DNA of 64,000 nt, taken from contig SCQT01000032.1 of the NCBI GenBank assembly GCA_004322015.1, positions 44,981-108,980 of the forward strand. The letters run 5' to 3'. Made by a program: the position numbers and the translations under genes. Origin of the DNA: Chitinophagaceae bacterium (GTDB lineage: Bacteria > Bacteroidota > Bacteroidia > Chitinophagales > Chitinophagaceae). This document shows, in pieces, positions 1 through 9,115 of this stretch. The notes below the pieces were generated by a model. The model was given only the letters and a program-made list of their open reading frames with translations, did no database searches and was not told where the DNA came from. The first letter of the stretch is position 1. Each line of letters begins with the position of its first letter.

Positions 1-273
1 ATTCAGAGACAGATATTCGAAAAAGCGAAAAAATACCGTGATGAACATATTACACGCGTGGATGATTTCGACACATTCGAAAAGGTCCTGGATGAAAAAG
101 GAGGCTTTATTGCTGCTCATTGGGACGGTACCCCCGAGACTGAAAACAAGATTAAAGAATTGACAAAAGCCACCATCCGGTGCATCCCGCTGAATAATCC
201 GCAGGAAGAAGGGCGGTGTATTTTAACCGGAAATCCTTCGAAAGAGCGTGTATTATTCGCCAGAGCCTACTGA
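1..273 (+). CDS. proS: Proline--tRNA ligase, C-terminal fragment (5' end outside the window)
   Basis: Frame 1 is open from nt 1. The C-terminus ...KATIRCIPL...GRCILTG...VLFARAY is typical of the archaeal/eukaryote-like ProRS found in Bacteroidota, which ends in Tyr. Confidence 0.8.
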   Translation: MQRQIFEKAKKYRDEHITRVDDFDTFEKVLDEKGGFIAAHWDGTPETENKIKELTKATIRCIPLNNPQEEGRCILTGNPSKERVLFARAY

Positions 274-393
274 GAAAAAGGGAAAGCCTGTACGAAAAAT
301 CTTGGAGATATTACGGAAAAGTTATAATATTACATCCTGAATTGATGCCGTTATTTTATAGTATTCAGTTTTAGATCCTTTTAACCCTTAGCC

Positions 394-1158
394 ATGAAAA
401 CCATCAGAGCTGTCATTGCAGAAGATGAACCACGCAATGTGGACATTCTAAAAACGGTGCTGGAGAAGCACTGTGATAACGTCGAAGTGGCAGGCACAGC
501 TAATAATGTGAAGAAAGCTGTGGAAGTAATCAGGGAAACGGAACCAGACGTGCTCTTTCTGGATATCGAAATGCCTCCCCACAAAGGGTTTGAAGTGCTG
601 GAAAAATTTCCTGAAATAAATTTTGACGTCATCTTCATTACCGCGCATGAAGAATATGCGCTTCAGGCTATCAAATTTGCAGCGCTGGATTATTTATTGA
701 AACCTATCAATATAGAAGAAGTAAAAGCTGCATTGAAGAAAGTGAAACCGCGATCAAAGGGTCAAACCAATGAGCTCGCTGCCATTTTGAAGGAATACCT
801 GAAGGATAAAGAACAGTCGTTTTCCAAAATAGTCATTCCTTCCAACGACGGCTATAATGTAGTTGACCTGAATAATATCGTATATTGTGAGGCATGTGAC
901 AGCTACACAAAGATCCATACCAATGAGAATAATAAAGTGCATCTCATATCCAAGCCTTTAAAAGAATATGATGACCTCTTAAGTGATAAAGGTTTTTATC
1001 GGGTGCATAAATCTTTCCTGGTAAATGTAAATCATATACGCAAAATTATCAAAGGCATAGGTGCAGCCGTCATCATGAGTGATGGAGCTAATATTCCCAT
1101 CTCGATGCGTAAGAAGGATGAATTTTTTCAAAGTCTGAAAGGAGTGATGAATATATAA
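394..1158 (+). CDS. LytTR-family response regulator (receiver + LytTR DNA-binding domain)
   Basis: N-terminal receiver (IAEDEP..., LFLDIEMP, K at LLKP). C-terminal LytTR-like region (FYRVHKSFLVNVNHI). No histidine kinase gene is adjacent. Confidence 0.85.
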   Translation: MKTIRAVIAEDEPRNVDILKTVLEKHCDNVEVAGTANNVKKAVEVIRETEPDVLFLDIEMPPHKGFEVLEKFPEINFDVIFITAHEEYALQAIKFAALDYLLKPINIEEVKAALKKVKPRSKGQTNELAAILKEYLKDKEQSFSKIVIPSNDGYNVVDLNNIVYCEACDSYTKIHTNENNKVHLISKPLKEYDDLLSDKGFYRVHKSFLVNVNHIRKIIKGIGAAVIMSDGANIPISMRKKDEFFQSLKGVMNI

Positions 1159-2363
1159 TGCCCGCTTCACATCATGTATTTTCTTTTCGCACTGACTCTT
1201 TTCTGAAATCGCTCTTGTTGAAACATGCCGGAAATACAGGAAAAGAAATCCTTAAAAAGGCGGGTGAATACAAATTACAAATAATTTATATCCTCATTGA
1301 CAGGGATGCCGGTAATAATCCTTCGTTTCAGGAGTATCATTACCACGTAAACCCCGAGTCTTATTTTTATCCTGCATCTACGGTTAAAATGCCGATTGCA
1401 TTTACTGCTTTGGAAAAGCTGAATAAAATAAGTTTTCCTGGATTAAACAGAGATACGCCTTTGTTTGCAGGGAGCTTTTACCGTACTATTCCGGATCAAC
1501 CTGATGATACATTCAGGGATGGCCTTTCTGTGGCTCAGTATATCAAAGAAATATTTCTGGTCAGCAATAATGACGCGTCCAATATGTTGTACGAGTTCAT
1601 AGGGCAACAGGAACTTAATCAATTGCTGCATAAGAAAGGATATGAAAAAATGCATATTCTCCATCGCCTGGATATTGCGCTTACTGAGGCACAAAATCGT
1701 GACACAGCCGCTATATCATTTAGGAAAAATGGAGAAACGATCTATTCACAGCCTCCTCGGTATAGTCAGTTAAAATATCCCGTCAGAGAGGATTTTATAG
1801 GAAAAGGATATATTGAAGATGGGAAACTGATACCTCATGCGATGGCTTTTTCGATGAAAAATAAAGCTGTCCTGAGCGATCTGATCCATATTTTGCAGTC
1901 CGTTATTTTCCCTGGATCAGTACCTTCTTTTCGGCGTTTTGATCTGTCAGCCGAAGATTTTCAATTTTTATATCGTTGGATGTCAGCATATCCTCAGGAA
2001 TCGGGAGACCCTCAATATGATTCGACATCATTTCCTCCGGGATATGTAAAGTTTTTATTGCCCGAAGAGGCAAATCACGGTCATATCCGGGTTTTCAATA
2101 AATCAGGCTGGGCTTATGGTTTCATGACAGACGTTGCCTATATTGCCGATTTTAGAAACAGCGTGGAATTTATGCTTGCAGCTACCCTGTATGCTAATAG
2201 GGATGATATTCCCAATGGTGAACATTATGAATATGAAACTATAGCTAAGCCTTTTCTGAAAGAGTTAGGAAAAATTATTTATCAATATGAATTAAACCGG
2301 GAGAGGAAATATTTACCTGATCTTTCTCGTTATAATCTTTCATATGAAGAAGATCCCTTATAA
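1158..2363 (+). CDS. Serine hydrolase, class A beta-lactamase-like fold, no signal peptide
   Basis: SxxK (STVK), SxN-like (SNND) and KTG-like (KSGW) motifs occur in the right order. The ATG overlaps the TAA of the upstream regulator by 1 nt. Confidence 0.6.
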   Translation: MPASHHVFSFRTDSFLKSLLLKHAGNTGKEILKKAGEYKLQIIYILIDRDAGNNPSFQEYHYHVNPESYFYPASTVKMPIAFTALEKLNKISFPGLNRDTPLFAGSFYRTIPDQPDDTFRDGLSVAQYIKEIFLVSNNDASNMLYEFIGQQELNQLLHKKGYEKMHILHRLDIALTEAQNRDTAAISFRKNGETIYSQPPRYSQLKYPVREDFIGKGYIEDGKLIPHAMAFSMKNKAVLSDLIHILQSVIFPGSVPSFRRFDLSAEDFQFLYRWMSAYPQESGDPQYDSTSFPPGYVKFLLPEEANHGHIRVFNKSGWAYGFMTDVAYIADFRNSVEFMLAATLYANRDDIPNGEHYEYETIAKPFLKELGKIIYQYELNRERKYLPDLSRYNLSYEEDPL

Positions 2364-2438
2364 AAATTTTTATCCCATGCAGCGTTTTTGCATTTTATTT
2401 TGTCTGTCTTGTATTCGTTGATAAAAATTAAAAAACTT

Positions 2439-3155
2439 ATGAAAAAGAATTTGTTTGCTTATCTTTTGATATTCCTCCTATGCGCAGGAGGAATGACTTT
2501 ATTGAATAGCTGTCTGAAGACCAACAACACACCGGCTAAGCCGGCAGGAGTGGTTTCTGTATTACAGGCTGCCCCGGGCGCCCCGGCGATGAATTTATTC
2601 TTTAATACAAATAATCTGGGTAGCATAAGTTATGGGGGATACGGAGCTACACCGCCGCAAACGGTGGGTAATTACACAATCAGTTTTGTAAACGCATCTA
2701 CCGGTGATACGGTCAGCCAGGTACATGACTCCATCGGTGCCGCCTATTATTCGCTCATTCTGTATGACACCACTTCTCCCGCCAAGGCGATGTTTTTCCA
2801 GGATCAATATCCGCAGCCGCAATCGCAAACTGATACCTACGTCCGGTTTCTGCATTTAAGCCCGGGTACGGGGGCAGTGAATGTCTTTATGGATTCTACA
2901 GAACTTTTTCAAGGGCGTACTTTTGCAGATAACCTGGCTAATACAGACTTTTCCAGGTTCAGCACTTATTCGCAAGGGTATCATTCATTTGTAGTACTGA
3001 ATGCCGCTAATAATGATACGTTAGGCAAAATAGCCAACCTTCCTTTAAGGGCTGGTTATGCATATACCGTTTTCCTTCAGGGAACCTCCAAAAGTTCCAA
3101 TGACTCTTTGAGTGTAAGATTGAATGCCATGCCAAACTATCAGATTTTCCAATAG
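2439..3155 (+). CDS. DUF4397-like lipoprotein
   Basis: The internal ATG at 2439 gives a signal peptide with a lipobox (LLNSC). Two repeated motifs (LQAAPGAPAMNLF / LHLSPGTGAVNVF) are typical of DUF4397. The ORF-track start at 2388 is probably too early. Confidence 0.6.
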   Translation: MKKNLFAYLLIFLLCAGGMTLLNSCLKTNNTPAKPAGVVSVLQAAPGAPAMNLFFNTNNLGSISYGGYGATPPQTVGNYTISFVNASTGDTVSQVHDSIGAAYYSLILYDTTSPAKAMFFQDQYPQPQSQTDTYVRFLHLSPGTGAVNVFMDSTELFQGRTFADNLANTDFSRFSTYSQGYHSFVVLNAANNDTLGKIANLPLRAGYAYTVFLQGTSKSSNDSLSVRLNAMPNYQIFQ

Positions 3156-3198
3156 AATCGCATCCAAATAAAGATCACTTTCGGTTCTTTATTCAAAA

Positions 3199-3246
3199 CC
3201 GCCGGTTATTATTAAAAAAGTCTAAATAAACCGGCGGATTTTTTTT
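3199..3246 (+). terminator. Rho-independent terminator
   Basis: Stem CCGCCGGTT (3199-3207) pairs with AACCGGCGG (3229-3237), followed by a T-run at 3239-3246. Confidence 0.55.
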
Positions 3247-3326
3247 ATATTATTTAAAGCGGCATAGATTTACTTTGTCATTTAAAAATCTTCAGGTAGC
3301 TTTGCGGCGCCAAATTAAACTTGATC

Positions 3327-4517
3327 ATGGAATTAGCACAACGATTGAACCGTATCGCTGAATCACAGACACTCAAAATGGCAAGACTCGGAAGAGAATT
3401 GCGTGCCAAAGGATTGGATATTATTGATTTTAGTCTCGGAGAACCTGATTTTATTACGCCTTCACACATCAGGGAAGCGGCAAAAAAAGCTATTGACGAA
3501 GGTTATACTCATTATACACCGGTAGCCGGTTACGCCGAGTTACGCCAGGCAGTTTGTGAAAAATTAAAACGTGATAATCATTTGGAGTATAAGCCGGAAC
3601 AGATAGTTACTTCTACCGGTGCCAAGCATAGTCTGGTAAATGTAATCATGTCTGTAGTGGATCCCGGAGACGAGGTCATCATTCCAACCCCGTATTGGGT
3701 CACTTATTCAGAACAGGTGAAATTTGTCCGCGGTGAAGTAGTGACTATTCGCGGAAGCCTGGAGAATAAATACAAGATCACTCCCCAACAATTGGAAGCG
3801 GCGATTACTCAGAAAACAAAATTATTCATGTTTTCTTCGCCATGTAATCCGTCCGGGTCTGTTTATTCCAAAGAAGAATTAAGAGCACTGGCCGAAGTTT
3901 TTCGTAAACACCGGCGTATCATCATTTTATCGGATGAAATTTATGAGTATATTAATTATGCAGGCGGACACGAAAGTATTGCTCAATTTGATTTTTTGAA
4001 AGACAGGGTGGTAGTGGTAAATGGCCTGAGCAAAGGTTATGCAATGACCGGATGGAGGTTGGGTTATATTGCTGCTCCGCTTCCGATCGCTAAAGCTTGT
4101 GAAAAATTACAAGGCCAGTTTACTTCGGGCACCTGTTCTATTACGCAAAGGGCGGGTATCGTTGCATTAACCGGTGATTTGAAGCCGACTGAAGAAATGG
4201 TCAAAGAATTTTCCAGGAGAAAAGATTTTATCCTTAAAGAAATCAGGCGGATAAAAGGGATAAAGGTGCAGGATCCCGATGGTGCTTTTTATATTTTTCC
4301 CGACGTCAGCGCTTTCTTTGGCAAGTCGGCAGACGGACAAAAGATTGAAAACGCAGATGATTTGTGCATGTATCTTTTAGAAAAAGGGTTAATATCTACC
4401 GTGACCGGCTCCGCATTCGGTGAGCCCGATTGCATCCGTATATCCTACGCTACTTCGATGGAGAAGATAGGAGAGGGCATGCAACGCATGAAAAAAGCTA
4501 TGGAAGCGCTGCGATAA
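3327..4517 (+). CDS. Class I PLP-dependent aminotransferase (aspartate aminotransferase-like)
   Basis: SKGYAMTGWRLGY contains the PLP lysine. Length and N-terminus (LNRIAESQTLKM...) are typical. The ATG at 3327 is preferred over the TTG at 3321. Confidence 0.85.
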   Translation: MELAQRLNRIAESQTLKMARLGRELRAKGLDIIDFSLGEPDFITPSHIREAAKKAIDEGYTHYTPVAGYAELRQAVCEKLKRDNHLEYKPEQIVTSTGAKHSLVNVIMSVVDPGDEVIIPTPYWVTYSEQVKFVRGEVVTIRGSLENKYKITPQQLEAAITQKTKLFMFSSPCNPSGSVYSKEELRALAEVFRKHRRIIILSDEIYEYINYAGGHESIAQFDFLKDRVVVVNGLSKGYAMTGWRLGYIAAPLPIAKACEKLQGQFTSGTCSITQRAGIVALTGDLKPTEEMVKEFSRRKDFILKEIRRIKGIKVQDPDGAFYIFPDVSAFFGKSADGQKIENADDLCMYLLEKGLISTVTGSAFGEPDCIRISYATSMEKIGEGMQRMKKAMEALR

Positions 4518-4538
4518 ACTTCCGTTAACTTTGCCGGC

Positions 4539-5261
4539 ATGAGTAAACGTTATCCTGAAGAAAATATTTACACAGCCGGCCAGGTTATTTTAGTAAATAA
4601 GCCACTTCACTGGACATCTTTTGACGTAGTCAGGAAAGTCCGTAATCTAACTAAAAGTAAAGTAGGGCATGCCGGTACTTTAGACCCTTTGGCAACCGGA
4701 TTGCTTATATGCTGCACAGGAAAATTCACCAAAAGAATATCTCAGTATCAGGCGCAGGAAAAAGAATATACCGGGATATTTACCATCGGAGCGGAAACGC
4801 CCACTTATGATCTGGAATCTGAGCCACAAAACTTTAAAGATTTCAGCGCTGTTACAGCCGGACAAATCCTTTCAACCGCAGAACAATTCAGGGGGGAATT
4901 AAACCAGATACCTCCGGCGTATTCAGCCGTCAAAAAAGATGGGAAACCGCTCTATCATTCTGCACGGAAAGGCATAGAAGTAAAAGCGGAAGCCCGGAGG
5001 ATATTTATTAAAGAGTTTGAGATTGTCCGTATTGACCTTCCTCAAATACACTTCCGGGTAGTTTGTAGTACGGGGACGTACATACGTTCATTGGTGTATG
5101 ATTTTGGAAAAGCATCAGGCTGTGGGGCCTATCTGAATGCTTTATGCAGGACAAGGATCGGAGATTTTTTGCTGAAAGACGCTTATCAGATGGAACTTCT
5201 TGAAGATGTTATTAAAACCAATCTGCTCAGAAAGGATAACCTACTGCAAAATTCAGAATAA
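4539..5261 (+). CDS. truB: tRNA pseudouridine(55) synthase
   Basis: The HAGTLDPLATGLL catalytic Asp motif, the PPAYSAVK motif and the length all fit TruB. Confidence 0.9.
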   Translation: MSKRYPEENIYTAGQVILVNKPLHWTSFDVVRKVRNLTKSKVGHAGTLDPLATGLLICCTGKFTKRISQYQAQEKEYTGIFTIGAETPTYDLESEPQNFKDFSAVTAGQILSTAEQFRGELNQIPPAYSAVKKDGKPLYHSARKGIEVKAEARRIFIKEFEIVRIDLPQIHFRVVCSTGTYIRSLVYDFGKASGCGAYLNALCRTRIGDFLLKDAYQMELLEDVIKTNLLRKDNLLQNSE

Positions 5262-7668
5262 GGTTATTTTTCCTCCACTCTCTGCTGAAAGGATGAATCG
5301 TGTTCAGGATCCAACCATAATGCGGGAGATAGGCGTAAGGCTGTTTGAAAGGAGTGGCAAAATCAAGCCTTAATATGGCATAAGAAAAATCAAGCCTGAT
5401 GCCAAAGCCGCCGCCAATAGCAAGATCCTGATAAAATTCATTGATCTTAAACTGTGCCCCGGGCTTATAAGGATCATTTTTCAGGTCCCAGATGTTTCCC
5501 GCATCCATAAAAGTGGCGCCTTTCACCTTCAAAAAGCCGCCAAACATGCTGAAAATATCGAAACGAAACTCGAGATTACCTTCCAGTTTCATATCGCCTG
5601 TCTGGTCAGGGAATATGCCCGGATTTCCTAATTGCAGATTATAATAGGAGCCGGGGCCTAATGCACGCAAGCGCCAGGCACGGAGGCTGTTGGGCCCGCC
5701 TGCAGTGAATTGCTTCACATAGGGAAGTACATCAGAAGTGGCATAAGGGACGCCGATACCAGCGTAGAGCCTGCCGACTAAGGTTGAATGTGGCCGGTTA
5801 TAATAATGTTTATATTCCGCATCTAATTTTATGTATTGGGAAAAATTAACGGAAGTTAATTTGGCGAAACTGCTGCGATCGCCTGTCACACCGCGGATAA
5901 TCCCGTCAATGCCGTTTAGCCAAAGCCCGGATTCTTCGAAATTTATCTGTAAATAGTTGAAACTCTTTTGATTCAGTACATTTTGTGAGTTATAGATGAA
6001 CGAAAAATTTTCGCCGCCGATAAAAGTGGAAGAGAAACTGTTTTTCAGGAAGGGATTAGCCAGTAACTGGCTGTCAAAAGCCTGGCTGATATTGAAAAGC
6101 CGGTTGTAAGAAAATGAGAATGGATTGACGATCCATTTTTTGTATTGGGTTTCATTCCAGTTATAACCAAAAGAACCATTTACGCTGCTTAGTGAGAAAA
6201 AGCCCAGACGATCCAGGGTATTTACTCCCAATCCCAGGGTAGTCACCGGATTGGAAAAACGTCCGATGTGGCCCAGGTGCCAGGGCGTTATGAATCTTGG
6301 AAAAGATACATTCACTTGTCCGCTGAATTCTCTTGCCTGTACAAAAAAGATGTTGGATGAATCCGAGTTCCATTCCAGTCCTCCTTTGATATTAGCGGTT
6401 ACCTGGTTAGCGGCCCGGTTGGTGTTTCTGTTCTTATAAGTAAGATTCAATGCCCCCCCTATAATATAATCTGAGCTTGAAGTGGCTTCCAGGTTCGCTC
6501 CCAGCGATTGCTTTCTGGCAGGGGTCAGGAAAATATAAGCATCTAAACTGTCGGGATGGCGACTGACGGTATCCATTTCGACAGTCACAAAATTCCAGAC
6601 TCCTAATTGGTTCAGCTTCTGTATAGTATAATCATAGTTGGACTGGGAATATTCCTGATCCTTTTTAAAGATGATATTATTATATAATACTCTTGACCTG
6701 ATGATATCTCTTCTGTTCCGGATAGTTAAATCTTTATACTCGTACTGATGAAAGGCGGTATCATCCTGAGTGGAATAAGCTGAATAATCCGGATATACAA
6801 AAATGTTGCGTATCCAGTATCGCTGATATTGTGTGGAATCGGTCGGATCAAGTATCTGAACAGTAATATTTAATTTGGGTCGTTGGCTGCCTTCCGATAC
6901 ATTGATAGCATTTTGAATATTGGCAAAAGGGTCGAGAATATTGTTAAAGATAGCTCTGTTAACGGTGTCTATGACGAAATGGACATGATCATTCGAAAAT
7001 TTATAATAACCACTATTTCGCACTACATTTGTCAGCCTTGCCTGCTCCTGGCTTAACGTATTCATTGTGAATGGCTTACCTTTTTTCAGAAAAGAATAAG
7101 GCGCTGAATAGATCACAGCTGTACGAATGGCAGAATCGGGAATATCATACCCAATACTGTCAATGATGAAATTTTTTCCCGTATGAACCTGATAAGTGAG
7201 GCTTGCTTTTTGATTTTTAATGTTTTGCTTATAATTGACAGAGGCATGAAAATATCCCTGGTTATCTAAGTAGCCGGTCATATTATTGATCGTTTGCAGG
7301 GTTTTGGTGGAGTCATAAATCACAGGCGGCTCCATATTTTTGTCAATTAACAGCCAGTTCCATATTTTACCCACTTTCTTTTCATTGTGTTTTTGATTAT
7401 AAAACCATAATTTCAGACGAAGGATATTTAACAATTTAGTATTGGGATGCTGCAGCATAATAGAGGGTGAATTAAGACTATTCCTGATATTATCCCTGTC
7501 AGCGCCGGCTATATCTCCATGCAGTTTTATTTCCGAGCTTACCAGTAAGGCTTTATTTTTGGGGAGATATTTTGTGTTGGAACAGGAATAAGACAAGAGA
7601 ATAAGTGCCGGTAAAAGGCAATACCACACTATAGGGGTCTTCTGATATTTACTGTTGTTTTGTTTCAA
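5227..7668 (-). CDS. BamA/TamA (Omp85) family outer membrane protein
   Basis: 813 aa with a signal peptide and lipobox (LLSYSC), a beta-barrel-like C-terminal half and a terminal aromatic residue (...VGYPF). The start is apparently TTG. Confidence 0.7.
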   Translation of the reverse strand: MKQNNSKYQKTPIVWYCLLPALILLSYSCSNTKYLPKNKALLVSSEIKLHGDIAGADRDNIRNSLNSPSIMLQHPNTKLLNILRLKLWFYNQKHNEKKVGKIWNWLLIDKNMEPPVIYDSTKTLQTINNMTGYLDNQGYFHASVNYKQNIKNQKASLTYQVHTGKNFIIDSIGYDIPDSAIRTAVIYSAPYSFLKKGKPFTMNTLSQEQARLTNVVRNSGYYKFSNDHVHFVIDTVNRAIFNNILDPFANIQNAINVSEGSQRPKLNITVQILDPTDSTQYQRYWIRNIFVYPDYSAYSTQDDTAFHQYEYKDLTIRNRRDIIRSRVLYNNIIFKKDQEYSQSNYDYTIQKLNQLGVWNFVTVEMDTVSRHPDSLDAYIFLTPARKQSLGANLEATSSSDYIIGGALNLTYKNRNTNRAANQVTANIKGGLEWNSDSSNIFFVQAREFSGQVNVSFPRFITPWHLGHIGRFSNPVTTLGLGVNTLDRLGFFSLSSVNGSFGYNWNETQYKKWIVNPFSFSYNRLFNISQAFDSQLLANPFLKNSFSSTFIGGENFSFIYNSQNVLNQKSFNYLQINFEESGLWLNGIDGIIRGVTGDRSSFAKLTSVNFSQYIKLDAEYKHYYNRPHSTLVGRLYAGIGVPYATSDVLPYVKQFTAGGPNSLRAWRLRALGPGSYYNLQLGNPGIFPDQTGDMKLEGNLEFRFDIFSMFGGFLKVKGATFMDAGNIWDLKNDPYKPGAQFKINEFYQDLAIGGGFGIRLDFSYAILRLDFATPFKQPYAYLPHYGWILNTIHPFSREWRKNNLILNFAVGYPF

Positions 7669-7689
7669 CGAATCCTGTAAGTTTGGCGA

Positions 7690-8427
7690 ATGTTATCCAG
7701 AGCGCAAATTAAATATATTCATTCATTAAGGATGAAAAAATACCGGCAAAAATACAGCCGTTTTGTGGCGGAAGGTGTAAAAGTTGTGGAAGAATTGCTC
7801 CGGGAAAGAAACATTGTGATTGATACTTTATATGCCACAGCCCCCTGGTGTGATTCAAAAGGCTTGTCAGATAAGCCGTTTAGCGATATTACCGTTGTTC
7901 GGATAAATGAACAGGAACTTCATCAGATATCTGTTGCGGAAGCTCCGCAACAGGTCATCGCCGTTTGTCAATTACCTGAAAAGTCGCATTTGCCTGATCT
8001 TTCAGGAAAGGTAAGCCTTGCGTTGGAAACCATTCAGGATCCGGGTAATCTGGGAACTATTATCCGCATTGCGGATTGGTTCGGCATCGAGAATGTGATT
8101 TGTTCACCGAATTGCGTGGATGCTTTTAATCCAAAATGCATTCAGGCCACTATGGGAAGCATTGCGAGAGTTAAAATTACTGAAATGGCTTTGGAAAAGT
8201 TAGGCAGAAAAGTTCCCATTTATGCTGCCTCTCTTTCGGGTAAAGATATCAGCACATGTAAACAGGTTCAGGAAGGTATTATCCTTATTGGCAATGAAGG
8301 ACATGGGTTGAGTGAAAAAGTCCTGCAAATAGCAACACATTGTATCACCATTCCAAAGATCGGGAAGGCAGAATCGCTGAACGTGGCAGTGGCGACGGGA
8401 ATTATTTGCGACAGGCTGATATTATAA
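7690..8427 (+). CDS. TrmH/SpoU-family RNA 2'-O-methyltransferase
   Basis: SpoU motifs are present: DPGNLGTIIRIADWFG, LIGNEGHGLS and ESLNVAVATGI. Confidence 0.8.
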   Translation: MLSRAQIKYIHSLRMKKYRQKYSRFVAEGVKVVEELLRERNIVIDTLYATAPWCDSKGLSDKPFSDITVVRINEQELHQISVAEAPQQVIAVCQLPEKSHLPDLSGKVSLALETIQDPGNLGTIIRIADWFGIENVICSPNCVDAFNPKCIQATMGSIARVKITEMALEKLGRKVPIYAASLSGKDISTCKQVQEGIILIGNEGHGLSEKVLQIATHCITIPKIGKAESLNVAVATGIICDRLIL

Positions 8428-8457
8428 CATAAAACCTCCCCACAATACGTAAGATAT

Positions 8458-8961
8458 TTATTTGCCAGAGTAGATCCCGGCCAAATGGGCTTTCAGTAAC
8501 TGCTGTTGTTCTAAAATAATTTTATTTTGTTTCCTTATGGTGGTGCAATGTTCCTTTACAATTCCGTTTAATATCTTATTCTGTTTACGAAGCCCCAGTA
8601 TATTCTTCTGTTGACGGGCAATCTGTTTTTTTAATATTATTATCAGATCATTTAAGTCACTAATGCCATCCGATTTGACTTCCTGAAACGTTGGTAAATC
8701 CACTATTTGCCTGCCTGATGATAGACTGCAAGGTTGTATTTTAGTAAAAACTGTAGTAGGGTCAAACTCCTGAAAGAATTTATGTGTTATACCCAGTGCA
8801 TCAAGAATCTTAGTTAATTGTTTTTCCGTTAGCTCATCTATATGTCGTTCCAGATAGCTGTAATCCTGTTGAGATATGCCCATAATGGCAGCCATATTCT
8901 TCTGGTAATAGCCATGCATCTCCCTTAAAATACGTATTTTCTCGTTCGTAGAGCAAGCCAT
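8458..8961 (-). CDS. XRE-family HTH protein with coiled-coil-like C-terminal half
   Basis: N-terminal HTH (IRILREMHGYYQKNMAAIMGISQQDYSYLE). The C-terminus is Q/K/L-rich in a heptad-like pattern. The gene is AT-rich and divergent from the 9116 gene. Confidence 0.6.
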   Translation of the reverse strand: MACSTNEKIRILREMHGYYQKNMAAIMGISQQDYSYLERHIDELTEKQLTKILDALGITHKFFQEFDPTTVFTKIQPCSLSSGRQIVDLPTFQEVKSDGISDLNDLIIILKKQIARQQKNILGLRKQNKILNGIVKEHCTTIRKQNKIILEQQQLLKAHLAGIYSGK

Positions 8962-9115
8962 AAATATTATTTTTTAGACCAGATTCGTAAGATACAAATA
9001 AGACTTTGTAAAATACAAATCAGAAAATATTTATTTGATAATTTACTGAAGTATCTTAGCGAAGATAAGATTTTTTCAATATAATTCTTAGTTAAATATT
9101 TTAAAACCTTCGGAC

